Part shown: one piece after another, positions 8,307-16,600 of the stretch
Layout: each line of letters starts with the position of its first letter
How positions within the stretch are numbered: position 1 is the first letter of the stretch
DNA from: Candidatus Rokuibacteriota bacterium
GTDB taxonomy: Bacteria; Methylomirabilota; Methylomirabilia; Rokubacteriales; DASRDR01
Assembly (NCBI GenBank): GCA_044866005.1
Contig: JBIOTN010000060.1
Coordinates: 1 to 56,401 of the forward strand
Reading direction: 5' to 3'
DNA length: 56,401 nt
Program-made: the position numbers and the translations under genes
Notes under the pieces: generated by a model
Told to the model about the DNA's origin: nothing
The model's input: the letters and a program-made list of their open reading frames with translations, nothing else
Database searches by the model: none

Positions 8307-11129
8307 GTGACGCGGTTCATGCGGACCACCCTCTTCCTCGCCCTCGGGATCCTCCTCCTCGGCATCACCGGCTCCAGCCCGGCACGACGCTCATCCGACC
8401 CGCCCTCTCGGTCCCGGTTCGCCGTGGCCTACGCCCGCCTGCCGCTCCACTTCGAGGCGAACCAGGGCCAGGTCGACCCTGCCGTGAAGTTCCTCGCCCG
8501 CGGTCAGGGCTACACGCTGTTCCTCGCCTCGGACGAGGTCGTCTTCGGCGTGCCCACGGGCGAGCGGCCGGCCCTGGTGCGCATGAAGCTCCTGGGCGCC
8601 GATCCGGCCGCCGAGATCGTCGGGCGCGATGAGCTCCCGGGCAAGGTCAACTATTTCCGGGGCCGGGACCCGGTGGCCTGGCAGACAAACGTCCCGACCT
8701 ACGCGAAGGTGCTCTACCGCGCCGTCTATCCGGGTGTGGACCTCGTCTTCTACGGCCGCCAGGGGCGCTTCGAGTACGACTTCGTCGTGGCGCCCGGGGC
8801 CGAGCCGACGGCCATCCGCCTCGCGGTCGATGGCGCCGACAGCCTGAGGCTCGACACGTCCGGCGACGTGGTCCTCGCCGTCGGGAAGGAGGAAGTCCGC
8901 ATAGAGAAGCCGCTGGTCTACCAGCTGGTCGATGGGGCCCGCCGCGAGGTTCCCGGCCGGTTCGTCCTCGCCGGCACCCACGAGTTGGCCTTCCGCGTCG
9001 ACGCCTACGATCGCGCGCGCCCTCTCGTCATCGATCCGACGCTCGTCTTTTCCACCTATCTGGGCGGCAGCGGCAACGAAGGGGCGTGCTGCATCGCAGT
9101 GGACGGAGCAGGGAACATCTATGTCGCCGGGGCAACGAGTTCGCCCGACTTTCCGGTCACGCCGGGTGCCACGCAGGACACCTTACGCGGCACCAGCGGT
9201 GTCTTCATCGTCAAGTTGAACCCGGCCGGATCAGCCCTGCTGTACGCGACCTATCTCGGCGGCGAGTTCGAGGAGTTAGTCGGGGGCCTGGCCATCGATG
9301 GCGTCGGGAACGCCCTCGTGACCGGACTCACCTTCTCGAAAGAATTTCCGACCGTCAACGCCATCCAGCCCACTCTCACGGGCTCGTGCGATCCGCGATC
9401 CCTGTTTGCCGACGCGTTCGTCGCGAAGCTGGACTCGACGGGGTCGGCTCTCGTCTACTCGACCTACTTCGGAGGATGTCACGGCGACTTCGGTGCGGGC
9501 ATCGCGGTTGACGGCATGGGCAACGCCTATGTGACGGGAGAGCTTCGCCCCGGCGACGACCTCCCGCTGATCACGACTCACTTTCATCCGACCGCGCGCG
9601 GCGGAGCGTTCGTCCTCAAGCTCGACCCGGACGGCTCGCTCGCCTATGCCGCCGACTTCGGCCAGGGGATCGGCAGCGGGATCGCCGTGGACAGCCGCGG
9701 GAGCGCTTACGTGGCGGGCGTGACAGGCGACTTCGACCCCGGCTTCCCGACAACGCCGGGCGCCTTCCAGAGGCACGGGGCCGGGCTCACGGACGGCTTC
9801 GTCGCCAAGCTCGATCCCTCGGGCTCGAGCCTCGTCTACTCGACGCTCCTCGGCGGAGAGGGCGAGGACAACTGCTGCGGCATCGCCGTCGACAGCGCCG
9901 GGAGCGCCTATGTCGCGGGACGCACGGCGTCCGTGAACTTCCCCACCCGAAACCCGCTGCAACCGACGCTCCACGGCTCCATAGACGCATTCGTGGCGAA
10001 GCTGAACCGGACCGGTTCCGCGCTCATCTACTCGACGTTCCTAGGCGGGAACGACGCCGCCGCCATCGGGATCGGCGACGGCGGCGGCCCCATAGCGGTC
10101 GACAGCGCCGGGAGCGCGTACGTCGCGGGCGTCACCCCGTCCACGGACTTCCCCACTGTCAACGCGAGCCAGGCCAAGCCGGGCCAGACCTTCCCGGGCT
10201 GGGATGCCTTCGTGGCCAAGCTCACGGCGAACGGCTCGGCCCTCGTCTACTCGACATATCTCGGTGGAAGCCGAGTCGATCGAGCCGTCGGCATCGCCCT
10301 CGACGGAGCCGGGAACGCATACGTGGTCGGTACGACGTTCTCCCCCGACTTCCCGACGGCGAACGCTATGCAGCCGGCTCTTCGTGGCTTTACGGATGCG
10401 TTCGTCGCGAAAATCGCCGACACCGCCACCGGCGGCTCCTGTACGAAGGGCCTCACCATCGGTCCCACGTCCGCGACGCCCGCCACCGCGGCGCCCGGCA
10501 GCACGGAAACCGTCCGGGTCCAGGTTTGCTCCGCCTCGGCCGCCACGCTCAACGTGGTCGTCGAGGTCTACAACGCAAACGGCAAGAGGATCGGCCAGCA
10601 GTTCTTCACCGGTCAGAGCTTCGCCGCCGGCGAGAGCAAGAGCTATAGCTGGGACTTCGCCGTCCCCTCCACCCTCCCCGCCGGCACCTACACCGTGAAG
10701 GTGGGCGTCTTCTCCGCGAGCTGGACGCTCCTCAAGTGGGACGACCAGGCCGCCACCTTCGCCGTCGGCGACGCCCCGCCGCCTTCCTCCTGCACCAGCG
10801 GCGTCACCATTGGACCGACCTCCGCCACCCCGAGCCCCGTCGCCCGCGGCGGGACCGAGACGATCCAGACCCAGGTCTGCTCCGCCAGCGCCCTCGCTAA
10901 CCTGAACGTGGACCTGGAGCTCTATGACGCGAGCGGCAAGCGGGTCGGGCAGAAGATCTTCTCCGGCGAGACGTTGGCCGCCGGGGAGGCCAAGAGCTAC
11001 ACCTGGAACTTCCCCGTGCCCTCGACCCTGCCGACCGGCACCTACACGGTCAAGGTCGGGGTTTTCTCCGCGAACTGGACCACGCTCTTCACCTGGGACA
11101 ACCAGGCGGCGACGTTCGTCGTGCAGTAG
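8307..11129 (+). CDS. Secreted SBBP beta-propeller repeat protein (paralogue) with two C-terminal Ig-like domains
   Basis: Same architecture as 5390..8293. GTG start 13 nt after the upstream stop, with an AAGGGAG SD. Confidence 0.9.
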   Translation: MTRFMRTTLFLALGILLLGITGSSPARRSSDPPSRSRFAVAYARLPLHFEANQGQVDPAVKFLARGQGYTLFLASDEVVFGVPTGERPALVRMKLLGADPAAEIVGRDELPGKVNYFRGRDPVAWQTNVPTYAKVLYRAVYPGVDLVFYGRQGRFEYDFVVAPGAEPTAIRLAVDGADSLRLDTSGDVVLAVGKEEVRIEKPLVYQLVDGARREVPGRFVLAGTHELAFRVDAYDRARPLVIDPTLVFSTYLGGSGNEGACCIAVDGAGNIYVAGATSSPDFPVTPGATQDTLRGTSGVFIVKLNPAGSALLYATYLGGEFEELVGGLAIDGVGNALVTGLTFSKEFPTVNAIQPTLTGSCDPRSLFADAFVAKLDSTGSALVYSTYFGGCHGDFGAGIAVDGMGNAYVTGELRPGDDLPLITTHFHPTARGGAFVLKLDPDGSLAYAADFGQGIGSGIAVDSRGSAYVAGVTGDFDPGFPTTPGAFQRHGAGLTDGFVAKLDPSGSSLVYSTLLGGEGEDNCCGIAVDSAGSAYVAGRTASVNFPTRNPLQPTLHGSIDAFVAKLNRTGSALIYSTFLGGNDAAAIGIGDGGGPIAVDSAGSAYVAGVTPSTDFPTVNASQAKPGQTFPGWDAFVAKLTANGSALVYSTYLGGSRVDRAVGIALDGAGNAYVVGTTFSPDFPTANAMQPALRGFTDAFVAKIADTATGGSCTKGLTIGPTSATPATAAPGSTETVRVQVCSASAATLNVVVEVYNANGKRIGQQFFTGQSFAAGESKSYSWDFAVPSTLPAGTYTVKVGVFSASWTLLKWDDQAATFAVGDAPPPSSCTSGVTIGPTSATPSPVARGGTETIQTQVCSASALANLNVDLELYDASGKRVGQKIFSGETLAAGEAKSYTWNFPVPSTLPTGTYTVKVGVFSANWTTLFTWDNQAATFVVQ

Positions 11130-11256
11130 CCCCGCCCCCGCCCTGACGCCGGCCGGACCGGGCCGCCCTCGCTGCCCGACCCCGGCCGGCGCCGGGAAGA
11201 CCGCGAGGAGCCGGGAGGCCGGCAGCGCCGCCGGGACGCAGATCCAGCCGGCGCGG

Positions 11257-11272
11257 CGGCACTTGGTGTGCA
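11257..11272 (+). promoter_or_regulatory. Candidate sigma-54 promoter of the Ig3-dehydrogenase gene
   Basis: CGGCAC-TTGGT-GTGCA (GG-N10-GC), 21 nt before the ATG at 11294. Confidence 0.55.
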
Positions 11273-11293
11273 GGACGGCACCATGAACGGGCG

Positions 11294-13591
11294 ATGAAGC
11301 CGCTCGCCTCGCTGCGACGGGTCTGCTCCGTGGCCCTGGTCCTCGGCCTCACCGCCTACGGGGACCAGACCTCGGCCGCGGCCCCGACGTTCGCCATCGG
11401 CCCGACGACGGCGACCCCGAGCCCGGTCGCGCCGGGCCAGACCGAAGCGATCCAGGCGACCGTGACCGCGGGCGCCGCGGCCTCGACCGTCAACGTCGAC
11501 GTCGAGATCTGGGGCGGGACGAAGGTCGCCCAGAAGATCTTTACCGGCCAGAGCTTGGCCGCCGGCGAGGCCAGGGCGTTCAGCTGGAGCTACCCCGTAC
11601 CGTCGACGCTGCCGGCCGGCACCTATACCGTGAAGGTCGGCGTCTTCTCCGGCGACTGGACGACGCTCTACACCTGGAACAACCGGGCCGCCGCCTTCGA
11701 CGTGACCGTCGGCGCCCCACCGCCGCCGCCCCCGGCGGGGGCCTGCACGGGGGGCTTCACCATCGGCCCGGCCACCGCGACCCCGAACCCGGTCGCCCCG
11801 GGCGGCACCGAGACCATCCAGACGCCGGTCTGCTCCGGCAGCGCCGCCGCCAGTGTCCTGGTGGACCTCGAGCTCTTCGACGGGGGCGGCTCCCGGATCG
11901 GCCAGAAGGTCTTCTCCGGCCAGGCCTTCGCGGCGGGCGAAACCAAGACCTACTCCTGGGCCTGGCCCGTCCCCGCCGGCCAGCCCGCGGGGCTCTACAC
12001 GGTCAAGGTCGGGGTCTTCTCCGGCGACTGGAGCACGCTCTTCAAGTGGAGCAACCAGGCCGTGACCTTCTCCGTCGGCACGGGCGCGCCCTCGCCCCCG
12101 CCGCCGCCGGGGACGTGCACGGGCGGCGTCACCATCGGGCCGACCACGGCGGCCCCGACCCCGGTCGCGCCGGGCGGCACCGAGACCATCCAGACCCAGG
12201 TCTGCTCCGGCAGCGCCGGCACCAGCCTCAACGTGGACCTCGAGATCTTCAGCGCCGCCGGCCAGCGGATCGCCCAGAAGATCTTCACCGGCCAGAGCGT
12301 GGCCGCCGGCGTCCCGACGGCCTTCACCTGGGACTTCCTCGTCCCGCCGACGCTGCCGACCGGGACCTACACCGTGAAGGTCGGCGTCTTCAGCGGGGAC
12401 TGGGCGACGCTCCACAAGTGGGACAACCAGGCCGCCAGCCTGACGGTCAGCGCGACGGGGAGCCCGACGAGCGCGATCGGGCTCGAGGCGGTCGTGACCG
12501 GGATCTCGCTCCCGGTCGCGATCACCCACGCGGGCGACGACCGGCTCTTCATCACCCTGAAGACCGGCCAGGTCCGGATCCACTCGGGGGGACAGCTCCT
12601 CCCGGCGCCCTTCCTCGATCTGAGCGGGCAGGTCGCCACGGCGGGCGAGGGAGGGATGCTCAGCCTGGCCTTCGACCCGGACTACGCGAGGAACGGGCGC
12701 TTTTACGTCTACTACACGGTCCCCGATGCCGACCCCGTCACGAACCCCGGCGGCCACATCGTGGTCGCCCGCTACACGGTCTCGGCCGGCGACCCGAACA
12801 CCGCGGATCCGACCTCCCAGCTCGTGCTGCTGACCGTCCCGCACCTCAGGCTCACCAATCACTATGGGGGACAGCTCCAGTTCGGTCCCGACGGGTACCT
12901 GTACATCGCCACCGGCGACGGCGGCACCGGGCAGGGCGCCAACAGCCAGAACCTGGGGAGCCTCCTCGGCAAGCTTTTGCGGATCGACGTGCACCCCGTC
13001 CCGCCCGCCGACGGGTCCGCCCCGCCGCCCTACGTCGTTCCGGCGAGCAATCCCTTCGTCTCCACGGCGGGCGCCCGGCCCGAGATCTGGGCGCTCGGCC
13101 TGCGCAACCCCTGGCGGTTCAGCTTCGATCGGGGGACGGGGGACCTGTTCATCGCGGATGTGGGGGAGGCCCGCTGGGAGGAGGTCGACTTCCAGCCGGC
13201 GGGCAGCCCGGGGGGCGCCAACTTCGGCTGGAGCCTCATGGAGGGGCGGGAGTGCTTTCCGCCCGGGACGGTCGGCTGCAGCGCCCAGGGGACGCTCACG
13301 GCACCGGTCCTCACCTACGGCCACGGGTCCGGCGAATGCTCGATCACGGGCGGGTATGCGTACCGGGGTCAGAAGCTCGCGCTCCCGCCCGGGACGTACC
13401 TCTTCGGGGACTTCTGCTCCGGGCGCATCTGGGCCGCCTCGGTGAAGGACGGTGTCTGGAGCCGGAGCGAGCTGGTGGACACCACCCTGAAGATCGACAC
13501 CTTCGGCGAGGGGGCGGACGGCGAGCTGTACGTGGCGCACTACACGTCGTCCGGCCCGGGGGCGATCTACCGGATCGTCGGCACTCGATAG
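11294..13591 (+). CDS. Secreted protein: three Ig-like domains plus PQQ-dependent sugar (glucose/sorbosone) dehydrogenase domain
   Basis: GEGGMLSLAFDPDY, NHYGGQLQFGPDGYLYIATGDGG, GKLLRID, GLRNPWRFSFD and IADVG...EEV motifs. Confidence 0.9.
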   Translation: MKPLASLRRVCSVALVLGLTAYGDQTSAAAPTFAIGPTTATPSPVAPGQTEAIQATVTAGAAASTVNVDVEIWGGTKVAQKIFTGQSLAAGEARAFSWSYPVPSTLPAGTYTVKVGVFSGDWTTLYTWNNRAAAFDVTVGAPPPPPPAGACTGGFTIGPATATPNPVAPGGTETIQTPVCSGSAAASVLVDLELFDGGGSRIGQKVFSGQAFAAGETKTYSWAWPVPAGQPAGLYTVKVGVFSGDWSTLFKWSNQAVTFSVGTGAPSPPPPPGTCTGGVTIGPTTAAPTPVAPGGTETIQTQVCSGSAGTSLNVDLEIFSAAGQRIAQKIFTGQSVAAGVPTAFTWDFLVPPTLPTGTYTVKVGVFSGDWATLHKWDNQAASLTVSATGSPTSAIGLEAVVTGISLPVAITHAGDDRLFITLKTGQVRIHSGGQLLPAPFLDLSGQVATAGEGGMLSLAFDPDYARNGRFYVYYTVPDADPVTNPGGHIVVARYTVSAGDPNTADPTSQLVLLTVPHLRLTNHYGGQLQFGPDGYLYIATGDGGTGQGANSQNLGSLLGKLLRIDVHPVPPADGSAPPPYVVPASNPFVSTAGARPEIWALGLRNPWRFSFDRGTGDLFIADVGEARWEEVDFQPAGSPGGANFGWSLMEGRECFPPGTVGCSAQGTLTAPVLTYGHGSGECSITGGYAYRGQKLALPPGTYLFGDFCSGRIWAASVKDGVWSRSELVDTTLKIDTFGEGADGELYVAHYTSSGPGAIYRIVGTR

Positions 13592-13632
13592 GCCGCCGCG
13601 TCCATGCCGCGGCCGCCGGGGCGCGCGAGTCG

Positions 13633-13661
13633 TTGAGGCGCGGGCTCCGCTCCGTTACAAT
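13633..13661 (+). promoter_or_regulatory. Candidate sigma-70 promoter of lhr
   Basis: TTGAGG-17 nt-TACAAT ending 14 nt before the ATG at 13676; no clear SD. Confidence 0.6.
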
Positions 13662-13675
13662 GACCCCGGTTGCCG

Positions 13676-16600
13676 ATGGATCCCGTCCTCAGCCGCTTCC
13701 ACCCCGCCGTCCGCGCCTGGTTCAACCGCCGCTTCGCCGGGCCCACCGAGCCCCAGCGCCTGGGCTGGCCGGCGATCGCCGCGGGCGAGCACACGCTCAT
13801 CACGGCGCCGACCGGGTCCGGGAAGACGCTCGCCGCCTTCCTCTGGACCCTGGACGCCCTGGTCCAGGCCGCGGCGGCCGGCCGGCTCGAGGACCGCATC
13901 GCGGTCGTCTACGTCTCGCCGCTCAAGGCGCTGAACAACGACATCCACCGGAACCTGGCGGAGCCCCTGGCCGGCATCCGCGAGGTCGCGCGCGGGCTCG
14001 GGCTCGCGCTGCCGGAGCTCCGCGCCGCGGTCCGGACCGGCGACACGCCGGCCCACGAGCGGCTCGCCATGGGGCGGCGCCCGCCCCACATCCTCATCAC
14101 CACGCCGGAGTCGCTCTTCATCCTCCTCGCCTCGGAGCGGATGCGGGCGGCGCTCGCGGCCGTGCGCCACGTCATCGTGGACGAGATCCACGCGGTCGCC
14201 GGGTCAAAGCGGGGCGTGCACCTCGCCGTCACGCTCGAGCGGCTCCAGGAGCTGGCCCGGACGCCACCCGTGCGGATCGGGCTCTCGGCGACCGTCGAGC
14301 CCGTGGCCGACGTCGCCGCGCTCCTGACCGGCGCGGAGACGCCCGGGACCCCGCCCCGCCCCTGCCGCGTCGTGGACGTGGGGCGGCGGCGGACGCTCGA
14401 CCTCGCGGTCGTCGCGCCGACCGGCGACCTCGGCGCGGTCGCGACCAACGCCGTCTGGGACGCCACCTACGAGCACCTCGCGACCCTCATCCGCCAGCAC
14501 CGGACGACGCTCGTGTTCGCCAACAGCCGCCGGCTGGCCGAGCGGCTGGCCGTCCGCCTGACGGAGCGGCTCGGCCCCGACACGGTGGCCGCCCACCACG
14601 GCTCGCTCTCCCGGCGGCGCCGGCTGCTGGCGGAAGCCCGCCTCAAGGCGGGGGAGATCCGCGCGATCGTCGCCACCGGCTCGCTCGAGCTCGGGATCGA
14701 CGTCGGCGCGATCGAGTGCGTGTGCCAGGTCGAGTCCCCGCGGGCCATCGCGACGGCGATCCAGCGGGTCGGCCGCTCCGGCCACTGGCTCGGCGCGACT
14801 CCCAAGGGCCGCATCGTCGCCCTCACGCGCGACGACCTCCTCGAGTGCGCCGCGCTCGTCCGGGCGATCCGCGCGGGACGGCTGGACCGGGTGGAGATCC
14901 CCCGGCGCCCGCTCGACGTGCTGGCCCAGCAGGTCGTCGCCGCCGCCGCCGACAGCGAGTGGGACGCCGACCGGCTCTTCGACCTGGTCCGCCGGGCCAT
15001 GCCCTACCGCGACCTCCCGCGGGCCGACTTCGACGCCGTCCTCCACATGAGCGCCGAGCGGCTGCCGACCGAGCCCAAGGGCGCCGGCCCGCGCTTGCAC
15101 TGGGACCGGGTCCGGGGCCGGATCCGCGGCCGCCGCGGCGCGCGGCTCGCGGTCGTCACCTCCGGCGGGACGATCCCCGACACGACCAACTACGAGGTCG
15201 TGCTCGAGCCGGAGGGCCTCAAGCTCGGCGAGGTCGAGGAGGATTTCGCCCAGGAGTCGATGCAGGGGGACATCTTCACGCTGGGGAACGCCCCGTGGCG
15301 GATCCGGCGGGTCCAGCGCGGCCGGATGGTCGTGGAGTCGGCCGCCGGGCTGCCGCCGACGATCCCCTTCTGGCACGGCGAGGCTCCGGGCCGGACGGCG
15401 GAGCTCTCGCAGGGGGTGGCGCGACTCCGCGCCGAGCTCCGCGAGCGTCTCGGCGACCCCGAGGCCGCGGCGCGCTGGCTCGTGGACGAGGCCGCGCTCA
15501 CGCTCGACGCCGCGCGCCAGGCGGTCGAGTTCGTGGCGCGCCAGCAGGCGGCGGTCGGCCTCGTGCCGACCGATACGGAGCTCCTCGCCGAGCGCTTCTT
15601 CGACAGCCTCGGGGGGACCCAGGTGGTCCTCCACGCGCCGTACGGGATGCGCGTGAACCGGGCCTGGGGGCTCGCTCTCGCCAAGCGCGTCTGCCGCTCG
15701 TTCAACTTCGAGATCCAGTCGGCCGCGACGGACGACGCGGTCCTCCTCTCCTTCGGGCCGCGGCACGCCTTCCCGCTGGAGACGATCTGGTCCTATCTCG
15801 CGCCGGCGACCGTGCGGGAGACGCTGGTCCAGGCCGTGCTCCAGGCCCCGCTCTTCGAGACGCGCTTCCGCCAGGCGGCGATCCGCGCGCTCGTGATCCT
15901 CCGCCACGGCGCGGGCCGCCGCGTCCCCGCCTACCTCCAGCGCCTGCGCGCGACGGACCTCCTGGCCGCCTGCTTCCCCGAGCAGCAGATGTGCCTGGAC
16001 AACCGCGCCGCGGACCTGGACGTCCCCGTCCCCGACCACCCGCTCGTCCAGGAGACCCTGCGCGAGTGCCTGGAAGAGGCCCTCGACCTCCCGCGGCTCC
16101 AGGCGCTCCTCGAAGGGATCCGCCTCGGGACGATCCGCACGACCGCGCGCGAGGTGCCCGCGCCCTCGCCCTTCGCCCACAAGATCCTGGCCGCCTGGGA
16201 CTACGCCTTCGTCGACGACGCGCCGCGCGAGGAGCGGCGGAGCCGCACGGTCCAGACGCACCGCGGGCTGCTCCGGGAGGTCGCCTCCGGCGACCAGCTC
16301 GCCGGCGTCCTCGATCCCGACGCGATCGAGCGCGTCGCCCAGGAGGTGGGGGGCCGCGCCCCCGCCTCGCGGGCGCGCGATGCCGACGAGCTCTGCGAGG
16401 CGCTCAAGGACGCGGGCCCGCAGACCGAGGCCGAGCTGGGCTTCCGCGTCGGCGGCGATCCCGCGCCGTGGCTCGCGCGGCTGGCCGCGGAGGGGCGCGT
16501 CCTGCGGGCGGGCCGCGGGGCCGGGCCGCCGGTCTGGATCGCGGTGGAGAGCCTCGCGCTCTGCCGGGCGGCCTACCCCGCCCTGGCGGAGGAGACCGCG

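Larger units (their letters stand above)
7598..12450 (+). repeat. Seven copies of a ~330-bp coding repeat (Ig-like domain) spread over three genes
   Basis: Consensus C..G.TIGPT.ATP.PVA.G.TETIQT.VCS....LNVDLEI....G.R.GQKIF.GQS.AAGE...Y.W...VP.TLP.GTYTVKVGVFS..W.TL.KWDNQA.TF.V. Copies at about 7598-7930, 7955-8290, 10440-10766, 10791-11126, 11390-11710, 11744-12075 and 12116-12450. Confidence 0.9.

Noticed and set aside
7598..12450. Ig-domain repeats as a diversity-generating retroelement or CRISPR-like array
   Set aside because: All copies are in-frame coding, the differences look largely synonymous rather than adenine-specific, and no reverse transcriptase, cas gene or spacer structure is present.
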